From: Callorhinchus milii
Taxonomy: Eukaryota
NCBI RefSeq assembly: GCF_018977255.1
Contig: NW_024704743.1
Coordinates: 75,704,001-75,768,000, forward strand
DNA: 64,000 nucleotides
Direction: 5' to 3'
The number at the start of each line of letters is the position of its first letter. The first letter of the stretch is position 1. The position numbers were made by a program, and so were the translations under genes. The notes under the pieces were generated by a model. It was not told the origin of the DNA, made no database searches, and saw only the letters and a program-made list of their open reading frames with translations. Positions 25,656 to 39,028 of this stretch are shown here, piece after piece.

Positions 25656-25689
25656 AATGGCCTCCTTCTTTGCTGTACAATTCTGATTA

Positions 25690-26255
25690 TATGATTCTAC
25701 AGCAATGTGCCCACAAACAACTATAGAGTTAATAGCCAATTTTATTTGGGGAATTGTTGGCCAGGACATTGGGAGAAACTCCCTTCTCTTTTTGAATAGT
25801 GCTGTGGGATCTTTAATGTGCACAGGAACAGGCAGAGGGGATCTTGATTTAATATCTCACCTTAACCAATTGTTAATAATAATAATCATCCTTGCATTTG
25901 ATATAATGCCTTATCACACTAAAATGTCTTAAAGCGCTTCAAGGTTTACAGTGAAATGTACTAGCACATATGTGCATAGCAATGTCCCATGCAGTCAGAA
26001 AAATGAATGACCTTTTTTTAATCTGGGGAATTGTTGACCGAGGAGGCGGGACCTCAGTTTAATGTCTCTTCCGAAGGAAGACACCTCCAATAATAAAATA
26101 ATAATAATATTATTATTATGATAATAATGTATTGTTCCCCCAAAATTGTATTGGAATGTCAGCCTAAACTGTGAGTTCAAAGCACTGACGTGGGACTTGA
26201 ACCGATAGCCTCCTGACTCAGAGGCAAGAGTATGACCAATTGAGCCAGGCTGACA
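25690..26255 (-). mobile_element. Two adjacent DeuSINE fragments
   Basis: Deu core (ttggccaggacattgggagaaactcccttctcttttgaatagtgc) and head (cctgactcagaggcaagagt...tgagccagg). Confidence 0.7.
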
Positions 26256-26809
26256 ATATATCTAGTCTAATAAAACGTTTGTGCATGTGTGTATGTGTAT
26301 CAGCCAAGATCTAAATAAATGATTGACATAGAGACAAGATTTATATCTCATTGGAAAAGCCTTGCACACGCGAGTGTGATGGGCATATTTTTTTTGCTGA
26401 TCTCCTATCGTTGATGAACTATATTTAACAAATACTTTAATTAAGCCCCAAAATATGAGGTATGCATGCAACAAAGTAGCGACAGAGGAAATCACACACC
26501 TTTCTAGAGCGAGAGATCTGTACTAATATATTCTGCAACAAAATAGCGGTGGAGAAAACCAGGGGAATATTTTGGGGGGCATCTCCTATCATTATATAAA
26601 GTAGAATAATCTAATATAAAGTAGAATAATACTGAAATCTACATTCCATCTTGGATTCTTTGGTTGCAAGAATAGCTGCAATAGGTACAGCTAGTATATG
26701 ATAAATACATACTCCAACTGCAACAGGGGCAAATTATATCAAAAAAAGCTCCAAAAAGTTTTATGTAAAAGGGAGAGAGAGGGAGATCAATGACCAAGTA
26801 TAAGATTGT

Positions 26810-27125
26810 GGAGAAGTAGACATAAAAAAGAGATTAAGGAGCCAAGAGAGAACTAGAGAGGGACTTGGGAGCAAATATAAAGTGTAACATCAAAAACAGC
26901 AAGAAAGTAGTCAAGAGGGTAGCTGAGGTAGAGCTTCTGGATAGGCTCAAGGGGCTAAAAAAAAACTATGCGTTTCCCAAGGCAGACGGAGCACACTCTA
27001 GTGTACCTAGACAAGAGAGATTTCTGAAGCATTGACATTTGTTCTGATGGAGTCAATAAACACTGGGGAGGTTTCAACAGATTGGAAACAAGCAAAAGTG
27101 GTTTTGATATTATAAAAGGGTGAAA
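26810..27125 (+). mobile_element. Old CR1 ORF2 remnant
   Basis: ..SINTGEVSTDWKQAKVVLI.. resembles CR1 TGVVPEDWR.ANV. Confidence 0.55.
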
Positions 27126-27149
27126 GACTCAACATACCCTGTTGTATGT

Positions 27150-27405
27150 ATCAGTCTCTCCTCTGAGTCACAAGACTGTGGATTCAGGCTCCATGACAGG
27201 ACTCACATCGTCTAGGCTGATACTTCAGTGCCGTGTTGGGATAGTGCTGCTTTGTGGGAAGTGCTGTCCTTCCGATGAGATGTTAAACGAGGTCATGTCT
27301 GCCTGTCCAGGTGGTCGTCAAATGTCCCCATGACATAACTTAAAAGAGAAGGGAGTTTCTCCTGGCTTCTTGGCCAATCATCCCCCAAATAAAACTTGTC
27401 ACTCA
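27150..27405 (+). mobile_element. DeuSINE (head and core)
   Basis: ctctgagtca...gtgctgtccttccgatgagatgttaaacgagg...caggtggtcgtcaaatgtcccca...gggagtttctcctgg. Confidence 0.75.
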
Positions 27406-28179
27406 CAATTGAAAACTTCTGCCAATTCGCTCTCAGCAAGTGGTTATTTTGTGTCCCATGACATGTCATTGAGGGGGTTGGACTAACATGTCATGGGGTG
27501 GGGGTGGACAATCAGCCATATCTAGTGGCACTTTTATTTCGTTAACACCTGCTTTTGCTTTCTGTTATTGAGGTGCAATCCTTTACAATGCATAAATTTC
27601 CACTATCTATGAATCAGTTCACACAAATAACTGAACACGGTGATAGAGCAGGTTAGCTCATCAATGTACTTTGTATAATAATAAGCTTTTGGATCTTAAT
27701 TTTCTCTATATTTCCACTGCCCCNGATTCCTTGATAAGAAATAGGGACTCTTTTTGGTAATTGGAAGTACATCAACTTGACCAATGCAAGCTAAATTTGG
27801 AGCAGAGTTCCTATGGATCATTGGAAATTCTATTTGAATCTATCATATAAAATATCAACAATTAGATCTCTGTGCTTTCTTGGCTATGTCATGAAAGGAT
27901 CATTGAGGAGCGAAAACAAAATTGACAGTATCCAATTCCCACCAGTCACTCTTTGCCATTAGACATGAAAGGGATGGATTTGTTCACCCTGTGTGCTACT
28001 AGCTCTTTCCTGCAGGGGACATTCCACCCATTCTATTTGGTATGTGATTATGATGACATTTTGTAGGCTGCTGATATATCGTAAGTGCCTGGAACAGTCA
28101 GGGAGTGTCCATAAATATGCTGCTTGTAATGTTTACTTGTTCAACTTGCTATGTCTGCTTGTATAATTTATAAAATCGG

Positions 28180-28985
28180 CAAGGCAGAAGCCATAAGTTT
28201 TGGCACCGTCAAAGTCTTCTCTCCTGCGGGTTTGAATTCCTCAACCTCCCGGGCTCTCCCTCAGACTCTCCAAACTCATACGCAGCTTAGGTGTCAGGTT
28301 CGATCCCCAGCTTTCCTTTCTACCCCACATCCATTCCCAGACCAAAGCCATTTTTTTTCCATCTCCATCATGTTGCTCGCCTCTGTCCATACCTCACAAC
28401 AAATAAAGCCGAAACCCTTGTCCGTGTCTTCATCACTTCCCGGCTGGACTATTCCAATGCCCTCCTCACTGGTCTCCCCAGCTCCACCATACACAAAATT
28501 CAATTAATGTAAAACTCCGCCGCCCGATTACTCACCTGCACAAAACTCCATATCCCCATCACACCAGCCCTTGCCAGGCTCCACTGGCTCCCAATTACCG
28601 AATAGATCAATTTCAACATCCTCTGACTCATTTTCAAATCCCTTCATGCCCTTGCACCTCCCTACCTATCTGACCTGCTTACGCCCCACTGCACCACCCG
28701 CTGCCTCCGCTCAGCTGGCTCCGGCCTCCTGTTTGTCCCTCTTCCCCTCAGCTCCACCATCGGTGGCTGTGCCTTCAGCCACTAAGCCTTGAAACTCTGG
28801 AACTCTCCCCCTCAATCCCTTTGCCTTGAATCCTCCATTCCCACCTTAAAATTCTGCCTAAAGACCTTCTTTTTTGATCAATCAGCTCCCCACTCCCTCT
28901 TCCCCTGGCTCGGGGTCAGACTCCGCCACTGACTAGCGCTCCAGGATGCTACCCAGAGTGAAGCGTGCTATATAAATGCAAGTTT
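28180..28985 (+). mobile_element. L2 3' region of an older subfamily
   Basis: [29 protein letters not shown] and GGCAFS motifs; tail tatataaatgcaag. Confidence 0.85.
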
Positions 28986-29269
28986 TTTTTTGTAAAATGC
29001 AACATGGGTTTATTCTCCATAACATTATCCCAATTACTGCACACATTTTCTATTAAAATGCGAGCCTCCACTTCGATCTCTGTAGCTCTATCTATTGCAG
29101 AGCTACATCACTTGGTCGTAATTTATCTTGTGGACTATTTATCCTGAGATTTTGATATGAAAATCCATTGCCTTGCCTGAATACAATGGTTCTGAGCATA
29201 AAAANGAGATCAATCACTGGATCTCTAGGTTCAACATTGTCTTCATAAAATTCTGGGATATTAATATTA

Positions 29270-29545
29270 ATCCTTGTATATAATGTCAAAGAGTATCAAA
29301 GTACTTCACAGGTATTGATGTGAAGTGAAGTGTAATGACTATATTTGTAAACAGATGCAGCAACCAATTTGCGCTCAGCAGGTCCCACAAACAGCCATGG
29401 AGTGAACGACCAATTTTATCTGCAGGATTGTTGGCCAGGAAACTGGGAGAAACTCCTTATTTTTAATAGTGTCATTATATCTTTATATACCTTTATATGA
29501 TACCTCCAGAGCCAGAAAGTGGAACTTCACTTTAACGTCACATAA
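29270..29545 (-). mobile_element. DeuSINE fragment
   Basis: cccacaaacagccatgg...ttggccaggaaactgggagaaactcc. Confidence 0.65.
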
Positions 29546-30403
29546 AAAGGATAGATTATTAAAATAATCCATTATTAAAGAAGAATGTGCCTTGTAATAT
29601 GATGATTATCATATGATCAGAAAATGCAATCTTAAAAGCAATTCTTAATGATAGGTTTGGGATTGAGAGAGAGTGGTTTTGCCCAAACTCAGTATGGGCA
29701 ACATAGTTTTTCACAAGTCATTGCTCTCAAGTTGATTTCACATTAGTCCTAGCACAAGTGTAATATGGTAACGTACTAAAAAATATTTTGTCTCTAAATA
29801 TGCCCTCCTGTAGAATGTTGCTTCGCTTATAGTGTCATCTCCTGTGGACCTGTGCTAACAGGAAGCATGGTACACCTGGCTTCCAGCACTGGCTAGATAT
29901 TTTTCTGCAAAAATGATTGGACATCATTTCCTCTGTCTTGCACACATGCAGGGATATTTGTTAATGTCATTTCCTGTGCGTTGCGTATGTAGGGAGTGAT
30001 GTCAGTGAGAATCTGATGACCTGGAAGTCAGCCATTTTTTTCACTCCGCTTATATTGTGGCTTCTCAGCTGTTGGACTCAAGAGGACAGTGTTACAATGG
30101 CATTCCCTTTTATAATCATTTAGAATCCAGGGTTCCCCTGAGGGCCAATGGCTGCAGAGATAACACTGATATTTTGAGTGATGTAAAATTTAGATCCCAG
30201 ACAATTCAGTTGAACTGCTTCAACTTAAATATGGTCTTGATATATATTTTTTGGAACAGAGTAAGATAGTACAATTGAATGTGGAGGATTATCTCGAAGA
30301 CGTGATAAGGTGCTATATTAAATGCAAGGATTATTATATTATTATTAGGTTAGTCCTCCTATGTACCATGCAACATGAGAGATTTCCCCCACTCGCTACT
30401 GAC

Positions 30404-30520
30404 CTTGAAACGATTGATAAGGTCGTATCTGGTGAGAAGTTCATAGACAATGAATTTGAGGGCGTGTTCTCCGCTGGCCTCGTTCAGTGCAAATACGTCA
30501 AAGGACCACTTATCTACATT
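30404..30520 (-). CDS. PDE1C: PDE1C coding exon (117 nt): NVDKWSFDVFALNEASGEHALKFIVYELLTRYDLINRFK
   Basis: PDE1 catalytic-domain N-terminal sequence within ORF 30359..30745. Acceptor tcgcag| and donor AAG|gtcagt. Confidence 0.96.
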
Positions 30521-30807
30521 CTGCGAAAGAAAGCACAAGAGACAGTTCTGTGGGGTCAGCCTTACACTGAGTAAGTGCTCACACATCAAATCCCCTTCCC
30601 CTCCCAAGAAGTAAAAAGATTGCATGCCCTCTTTCTGTATGTTGTGAGACTCCATTAATACAGTCATAACATTACACATTACAATCATTGAGACACATTT
30701 TCTAATGTTCCGTTCAGTTAAAAAAAAAGAACAAATTGGTTGCATCTATCTGAAGATATACAACCAACGACACAACACCGCAAAAGGCAGAAGTTGGGGT
30801 TAAATAC

Positions 30808-30874
30808 CTTTAACACAGTGATCACAGAAGGTGGGTAGCTTAGTCCAACCATATTTGATGTGCGCCTGTACATT
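30808..30874 (-). CDS. PDE1C: PDE1C coding exon (67 nt): (R)MYRRTSNMVGLSYPPSVITVLK
   Basis: RRTSNMVGLSYPP is PDE1C-type. Acceptor aacag| and donor AAG|gtattt; phase 2-0. Confidence 0.95.
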
Positions 30875-31689
30875 CTGTTCAAAATCAGTTTAGAAAACAG
30901 AGTTAGCCTCATATTGATAATAACATTATATATGTAAACCTATTGATAATGTGACTGCGGGACCACAGAATACCAGAGCCATACAGATACTAAACGCACA
31001 TGGAGATAGACATGGTTCATGATTTAAGCCATTTACTAACACAGAGGGATACACTTTTGGATCCCAAACAGAGACAGACAATGCTCACTTCCTCCAACAC
31101 AACCTGGAGAGGTTCAGGGTCCAGGTTTGTAATTCGACTATCTGCAACTCGTCCTCATTCATTGGTCCCACCTTGCTCAGGTAGTAATCAACATGATCTC
31201 TCCATTTCTATGCTCAACCCCAGCAGGCTTTCTCTACAACAAGCTTGGGCTGGCCACCCGAGGGGCCTCAGGCTTCCTTTCTTCTCAGAAGCCCTGCCGT
31301 CAACATTCACAGATCTGCACCTCCAGCTGCGATTTCTGGATAGAGACAAGTAGAAAACCTGGTAGATTTTTCCTGTCCTTATTGAAGCCGATTGGGCTTT
31401 CCTTCCCTGGAGTCTCCGAGCAAAGAGAATAGGGACAGATCATTTGGAACCTTTATACCACCCAGGCTCCTCTCCCCCTTCCAACCTCCCAGTACTATGC
31501 AAGGTCTTTTAGGGCACTCTCATGGGTTAGTTGGTCACCATAATTCTGGATCCAAAGTCTGTTACAATAACACGTGCTTGAATAGATGTGAAATAATATT
31601 TCATATTTTTTTCTTCACCAATTGACTCCCTCACATTCTCTCCCTTTAGGCATTGACTTTTTTTTCTTTTGCTAGGCTACAACTCTGTT

Positions 31690-31980
31690 GAAAACACCCA
31701 GTCAGTCACCCAAGTGAACATCATGCACTTTGAGTGTCAGTGGGCTGTTCGACTACAGCTGAGCCTGAATGATGCGCACACTTACAAATGTGCACCTCCA
31801 GCTGGAAATTCTGGATAAAGATGAAAAGTAGGAAACCTGGTAGATTTTTCCTCCCCTTATCCTGGGCCACCAAAACCAATTATAGCACCTCAACTGCTGC
31901 CCCAGCTGAGATTATCAAATTCAACTCTGAACGGGAATCAATCTATATACAGCTCAGCTCTACACTAAGATAAACCGGGA
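31690..31980 (-). mobile_element. AmnSINE2/LmeSINE2-like ancient SINE (second fragment at about 31310-31430)
   Basis: rc ...atctcagctgggcagcagttgaggtgctataattgg...ggggaggaaaaatc...tcaggctcagctgt...cactgacactca resembles my recalled AmnSINE2 consensus. Confidence 0.55.
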
Positions 31981-32274
31981 AAAAGCAAATGGGGAGGGAA
32001 AGCACACTAAAAATTTTAAATCAGTCCACTTAATTTATTTTGTGTGACAGGTATTTGCACAATGCCTCCACTGCATATATAGTAGTTTGTTTCTGTTTCA
32101 TATTTTCGTACAAAATCAATTAAATTGTGCTAACAAGATCGCTGAAGAGAAAGATTAGAAAATGAAGAGGTTTGAATGAAGCGTGAAAGAAAAAAAAAGC
32201 AAATTTACTAACCACATCTAGAAGGTTATTTCTACAACTGGCAAATAATGATCTAAGTGTCTGAAAACATCCAT

Positions 32275-32358
32275 TGTGCCACACACATATACACACTCAC
32301 ACACATATACTCACAAGCATGCACGCACACGTATGCACACACACGCATGCACATACAC
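32275..32358. repeat. Degenerate (CA)n microsatellite
   Basis: acacacatatacacactcacacacatatactcac... Confidence 0.85.
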
Positions 32359-32925
32359 GAGCGCAAAAAAGATTTTTTTTGTCAGACTGCCTTTATACAA
32401 ATCCAAATCTCAGAGGTGAGAGTTGGAAGACACTTTAGTACAATGGATTACATTTCTCACCAATAACTTAAATACAACTGATGGGCAGAGCCCAAACTAT
32501 TGCATTGTGTATTGTTGGAGATGTGGACTTCAGAACAATAACCATATTCATTCTATTTTTTTCCCATCCTCCAGGGCTTGAGAAAAAATACTCCAGTCGT
32601 TGCTCTGGAACTGAGTTAAACTCCAGTGTGTACTCCATTAACATTTACATAGATAAATAGAAAGTGGAAGAAAATGAAAAGGTTATATTGTTTGCTCTCA
32701 AATCCTGGGGGTAGTAGCACAGTTAACACAGCAATGTCCCACAAACAGCTGTGAAATGAATGACCAATTGTATCAGGACACTGGGAGAAACTCTCGTCTC
32801 TTTTTCTGAACAGTGCCATGAGATGATTAACGTCCACCTGACAGGCAGACGTGACCTTGGTTTAATGACTCACTAAAAGGCCTAGATGAGTTGCCTGTTG
32901 TTTCAAAGTTGCAGCAAGTTCTTAC

Positions 32926-33108
32926 CGTTCCACAAATATCCCAGCCTGCACCGCATGGACAATGCTACGGAATCGCGGCTTCTCCTCCGTTCTCTTCAGC
33001 ATCATCCCCATCTGCCTTGTGAAGGTGGAGGCCAACCAGTCACGTACCTCGGAGGGAACAGAATCTGACTGGATGTCACTGAGTTCATCTTCTGTATCGA
33101 GGAGGCGT
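32926..33108 (-). CDS. PDE1C: PDE1C coding exon (183 nt): (R)RLLDTEDELSDIQSDSVPSEVRDWLASTFTRQMGMMLKRTEEKPRFRSIVHAVQAGIFVE(R); inhibitory region and second CaM-binding region
   Basis: ORF 32922..33122 carries the PDE1 N-terminal motifs VPSEVRDWLASTFT and KPRFRSIVHAVQAGIFVER. Acceptor cgcag| and donor CG|gtaag. Confidence 0.97.
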
Positions 33109-34168
33109 CTGCGTTTAAACAAAGCAAAATCACACTTTTTTTACTTTTAAAATATACATAAACCTTTTATGATTTTAATTCTAATTACTTTCTGTCATTA
33201 TACATCACTCTGAAGTTAAATGCAGAGTGAATGTAATGAGCAGAATAGCAGATTTAATGTTACATCATTTAATGTCACACGATCACTAGATTGGTTTCGA
33301 TGAAGCAGGCCCATCAGCCTTTTTGATCTCATCCTTCCAGCATACCTATCCAACCATCTTTCCATCACAGCACCAAGCTGTTTTTTAAATATGCCCAATG
33401 TCCTGACACCTCAACCAACCTTCCTGGCAACTTGTTCCAGTCGTTAATTGCTTTCTGGGTAGATAAATACTTCCAGCTGTTTGTCCTGAAATTACCCTTT
33501 GCAACTCTAAACCAAGTGTTTGTTTTTGTCATCAAAAACTAGATTTGGGCAAAGAAATCATGATACTGTGCAAACTATGCAAACTTTTAAACTGCATCAG
33601 TGGGCATTCAGGAGAAATGGGGCTTGTGACATTTCAACCGGTGTCTGTTAAGGCCTCCTTGGAAACAGTCAGGTTGTCTGAGTGTGGAATGAGGCTCTAC
33701 TGGGAGGTAAACTTTTACCAAAATTGACAGGGAAACAATAACATGGATGAGCAGCCACCTAAATCTTGGGACTAGGGACTGCAGTCTGTCAGATCCATTC
33801 ACAAAAGGTACTTCAAGAGATTGCCCTTTGATACCTCTTAATTGTCATGGGCTTCACATGTAAGAAATGTAAGAGATGAAAAAGCTATTCCCTTGATCTG
33901 TACCAAGATGTGAAAATTTATGATTTAAAATATATGCACAATTGTATTCTTCCCTGAACAGTTTTACCTTGAAATGAAATTATTTGATTAACTCTATGCT
34001 CACTGGAGTAGAACAACAACAACAACAACAAAATTACATTTGTATAGCACCTTTCACGTCAGGAGGATGTCCCAAGACGCAAGTAGAAATATCTACTTAG
34101 GTCTAGATTTACTCTAATTTCTTAGCATTTCAGGACTAACAGAATGTTGCAAATTATTAAATACAGTC

Positions 34169-34400
34169 TTTCCTTACTCCACACGCCTAATAATAATCCC
34201 TCCAAAACTAAAAACAATAATAAATTGGTCATTTTCAATTTATGACTGTTTGTGGGACATTGCTGTGCGCAATTGGCTGCCGCATTCTCCCACAAATATA
34301 CAGTCAATTCACTTTACAGTGTGTTCTGTGAAGCGCTTTGGGACGTCCTCCCGAAGTGAAGAGCCCTATATCAAATGCAAGGATTATTATTATTATTATT
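34169..34400 (+). mobile_element. Young SINE, 5'-truncated
   Basis: tttccttactccacacgcctaataataatccc... to (ATT)n. Confidence 0.9.
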
Positions 34401-34742
34401 AATTTTGAAATGGTTTTTTTTAAGTTATTTTAAGAAGGAAAGGTCATAGGATTTAAAATTAATTAAAAAATTGAGAAATATTTTAAGAAAAAGAATATAT
34501 CAAATGATCAGAGGGTTAATATCAAGAGAATTGAAAATTATCACCAAAAGCAAAAAAGAGGGAGGTTTAGAACAATGTTTATTTATACAGGGTTGTTAGA
34601 ACGTGGAACGTTTTATTACAAATAGCTGTTGAAGCTGATTCAGTAACCACATTTAAAATGGTATTGGATAAATACATAAGAACAAATAATATTGAATGTT
34701 ATACAGAGAGAGTTCCCTGTTGAAGTGATTTGAACAACATAC

Positions 34743-34856
34743 CGGGTCTCATCAATGTAAACTGTCTCAAGCACTGCCGCTGCATACTCCAAATTCTTTT
34801 TCAGGTCTACAACAGAAGCTTCACCCCGTTCCAGTTGTTTCACCAAACATCGCAAC
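34743..34856 (-). CDS. PDE1C: PDE1C coding exon (114 nt): (R)LRCLVKQLERGEASVVDLKKNLEYAAAVLETVYIDET(R); most 5' exon recognised in the window
   Basis: ERGEASVVDLKKNLEY is PDE1C-type (ORF 34640..34933). Acceptor ttacag| and donor CG|gtatg; phase 2-2. Confidence 0.96.
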
Positions 34857-35207
34857 CTGTAACAATAGGAAAATATTAGCGGTACAGCAGGAAAAAAGTC
34901 AGGACAAATATTTCTAAAAGAAAAAGCTATCATAACTTTTGCTCAAAGCTTTAACCCACGTGGAAGGGTGGAAGCTGGTCACATATTGTTGAATATCACT
35001 CAGATCTTAAGGCTTAGAAAAAAATTAACTTGTATTCATAATGGACAAGTTAACAATGTGAAATGAGAATATCTCCATGAGGGGAAAGTTGGAAGCTGTT
35101 TACCTTTTTTGAAACAAGACCTATGGCTTTGAGTAGCAAAATATCATTGTTGAAACATTACCAAAGCTAAATATCAGAAAGATGCATTAGATTTAACTTG
35201 ATTATAA

Positions 35208-35557
35208 TAAAATAATAATCATCCCTTGCATTTCATATAGCGCCTTATCACGTCTTCGAGACATCTCAAAGCGCTTCACAGAATATATGGTAAAGTGAAT
35301 TGAATGTATATTTTTGGGCGAAACCCAACAGCCAATTGCACACAGCAGTCATGGATTGAGTGACCAATTTATATATTTATTATTATAATTTTTTTGAAGG
35401 AATTATTATCCCCGGAAACGTGAACCTCGGGTTCCTACTTACTGCTAGGTAATCAGAGGCATGTGCAGTAAGGAAACTTGCCCAACATTTCGCCCTACCA
35501 GGAATCGAACCCAGGTCTCTCGCTTGCAAGGGGAGACCTCTAACCACTAAGTTACAA
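35208..35557 (-). mobile_element. Long-form tRNA/CORE-like/Deu-tail SINE
   Basis: Head, then tgggcaagtttccttactgcacatgcctctgattacctagcagtaagtaggaacccgagg, then a tail with TCGAA loop. Confidence 0.85.
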
Positions 35558-38500
35558 TTACCGTGAAACAAAGTTTAATGCTTATAGTGTCCATTATTAT
35601 ATATTGTATATTCTTAGTAAATTACTCTTAACTGGTACAAAGTTTGATATCTTTATATTTCACATCCAAACAGATGGACAGGCTGCAAGTATTTACAATG
35701 GGGAGAAAGTGGCAAAGGACAATTATCACAAGGACAGAAGATGTTGGCTTAAAATCTATCCTTAGTGATGGGTTTGGCACCAAACACTACTCTGTGAAAG
35801 TGAGAGGGAGGTCTTTCAAATTATTCCCAGTCATGATTGCAGTGACTCAACCCTGCTTCACCAACATTTAGATTGAAAGCTAAAATTCAAAAATAAAATA
35901 ATGCTGGTTTGTGGCCTGGAATAAAGTCATTCAGAATCCTCACTAACTAAACAAAATAAGAAATAGACGTCGACACCTTGGTTCTGGAAAGTACTGAGGG
36001 AGAAGCTATTCTTCAAAAGTTGGCTGGAAAGAGCATTCAGTCCCAAACTTGTTATTGAAGGCATGTTTTAGCCACATTTTCTGTCATTATGATATCACTT
36101 CATAAATTGCAGTTTCTCTCACACCATTGCAAATAACAAATACAAGTGATATATATAGGAACATAGGATTGTATCAGTCTCAAAGGAGACCACTGCAGTC
36201 CATCTGGCTGGTCTTATTTTCAACAACAATCTCTCCTTATCTCACATACTTCCTAATAACTTTCAATATCAAATATCCATCCTATTCCTTGAAATTGGCC
36301 TCGCTACCCACCTTATCAGTTCCTTGAGGAAACTATTTCACACTTTAACTAGCCTCTGTGCAAAGTAATTCATTCTGAACTGTCTATTCACCTCCTTCTG
36401 AGTTTCAGACCAAGACTTCCAGTTGTCAGAGCATTTGACAATATTCACATATAATCTGCTGCACACCGGACACAATGGATGATTGTTTGGGTGCCTTTGG
36501 ATTTGTCTTTGGAGGACCTAGTCCAAAGTCAAAGCCACACTTTCACTCAACTTGCCTGTCACACAGACACATCACAACTAATACACCACAACAACAACAA
36601 AGTTACATTTGTATAGCGCCTTTCACGTCGTGAGGACGTCCCTGCTTAACTAAGCAGATTCACCACACCAACAACAGCTCTTGAACTCCTGAATTGAAGA
36701 AATTGAGATATAAACAATGAGCAGAAATTTCAATGCAGTTCTCTTAACTGATTGAATTGATCACATAGGTGTTGCGACTTTGTAATTATGAGATTCAGCA
36801 ATGGGGTCCCTTTGAAATATTTTGCCCACAAAATATACAGTCAATTCACTTTACAGTATATTCTGTGAAGTGCTTTGAGGCGACTTGAAGATGTGATAAG
36901 GCGCTGTATCAAATACAAGGATTATTACTGCACTGCTCGCATTGCTCAGTTGAACCATACTGAGTGTAAACACTCGCATGTGAGTGAGCTGTCCTTCAAA
37001 CTCCAAGAAATATTCTCCCCTCACAACTTACCAAAACTTTTAATGGCCAGCACAATTTACTCCCCACTTCTCAGTAAAGCCTTAGCAGAATGTGATTTTA
37101 AAGAAATCTTATCATAAGGTCACTAAATTTACTGACAAGGGAGAATAATCTGTGATTGCAATTGCATGGAATCAGGTTTCCAGCATTCTAGCACAATCTA
37201 CTTAGTTCAAAACTCATTGCTCTTTCGGCTCAAACAGCAAAGTGATTAAACTAATCAATCCTGCGCTATGTTCAATGCAAAGCAAATAGCATTGGTTTAA
37301 ATGTTATGAGTCGTTCCTTGTTTGAGCTCCAACATCAGTGGATGTAGCACAGATGAAGATGACGTTTCTATGATCCACTAAAATATTTTTATCGTCTTAC
37401 AAAAATAAGTCCGGTTTACCTTAACCAATCTTATGATTTTTCCCTAGGATTTATTTTGTGCTTAGTTTATCTGCCACCATTTCTCAAACAAGCTCTATTA
37501 CAGCTCATGCTCCACCAGGTTTTTCTCAAAAATTATTTCAGTGAAAATATCCCATATGCTCTTTCGATAGGAACTGCAGTACTTGATCTTGAACTCATTA
37601 GATGCTTCATCGAGCAGCTCGGTTCTTATCTGCCTTCAATCGTGTGTCATCTGTCAGAGCATAATGAAACTTTCCATTAAATCATAACAATATTTAAACA
37701 GCTTCAGCTACACAAAATGAGAAAGCTCGGGATCAGGTGTCAGTTATACTTAGAAAGTTTTTCGTCACATCCAAAGCTTTTTTCAAAACTTTGATCTTTG
37801 TACAGGGTAAGTCCATTGTAATGACCCCTCAGCTATTTTGCTGATTCCCTTTATGGTGTGGACCCACATCAACTGGAAGAGCTCTTACAGGCAATTGACT
37901 CCTTCCGAACATTATACTTTCCTGTTGCACATTGTGACAAGTTAAAATTCGCACATATTAGAGAGAAGGGGAACAACAACTTGTATTTATATAGCTCCCG
38001 TCGTGAAGGGCAACATCTCGCAGTGTAAAGATTAGTATAGGAGAGGGGATGAGGATTATTTTCTAAAATTGTAAACACTTTATTACTTATTGCTTCAAAG
38101 TAGGCCATTAATCTGAATATTAACTATCCATTATTTTTGCAAACAAGAAAAGTTCTGTGTACAGAACTCAAATGAGCAGAGTTGCAAAATGTAAGAGCAC
38201 CAAAGTGTAACAGTCAATTTGCATTAATGATTCTTCTTATTTCCATTAGCACATTAATTAATGCCCATTTCTCAGTATCAATTTTTTTTTGGACAGCCGG
38301 GTGTCTGACACATGCGGAAACCCATCACCATGCTTAACGGTATCCAACCCAAGCTGACAATTCCATCCATCCCACCTAAACATGGAAATCCCAGAGAAAG
38401 ATTGTTGGAATGGAATGTGCACTTTCTCCCTGTCAGTGTTGGAAGTCTGACGTACTGTGCTTCACAGTCCACAGTACACTTCAGCTATAAGCTTACCCAT

Positions 38501-39028
38501 ACTCAATGGAATTGTTTTATAATAGGGTCACCCTCGAGCTAAATATTACACACAGTAAAACATTTAGTTATGTACCCTTAACAGTTAAATAGTTGCTAAC
38601 AGATCAGGCATCAAGTAGTCAGGGAATACACACAACATTCCACTCTTACTAATCTGAAATGAAATCTCACTCCCTTGTTGATTTGCTTCATAATTAATTT
38701 TATTTCAGGAATCAAATGCTTTCCAGCTCATCAATATTTTTATAACCCAGAGTTTATAAACAGCTTCACCACGCACTGCAATTCAGAGTAGAACGTAAGT
38801 TCCTCCCATCATTGTAAAGTAGAATTCACCAAGTGTTGCATTGCTCATCTGTGATCAGGGGATGTGAGACTGGATGTAGACTGTCATGAGACATGTTAGT
38901 TTTATCTTATAATAATAATACTTGCATTTGATATAGCAACTTGATCACATTTGTACAAATACCTCAAAGCACTTAATAAGATTTATTCTAAAGTGTAGTG
39001 ACTGCATTTTTTGTGGTGAATATATATA

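Noticed and set aside
27724..29205. Single N bases at 27724 and 29205
   Set aside because: Assembly ambiguities, not biology.
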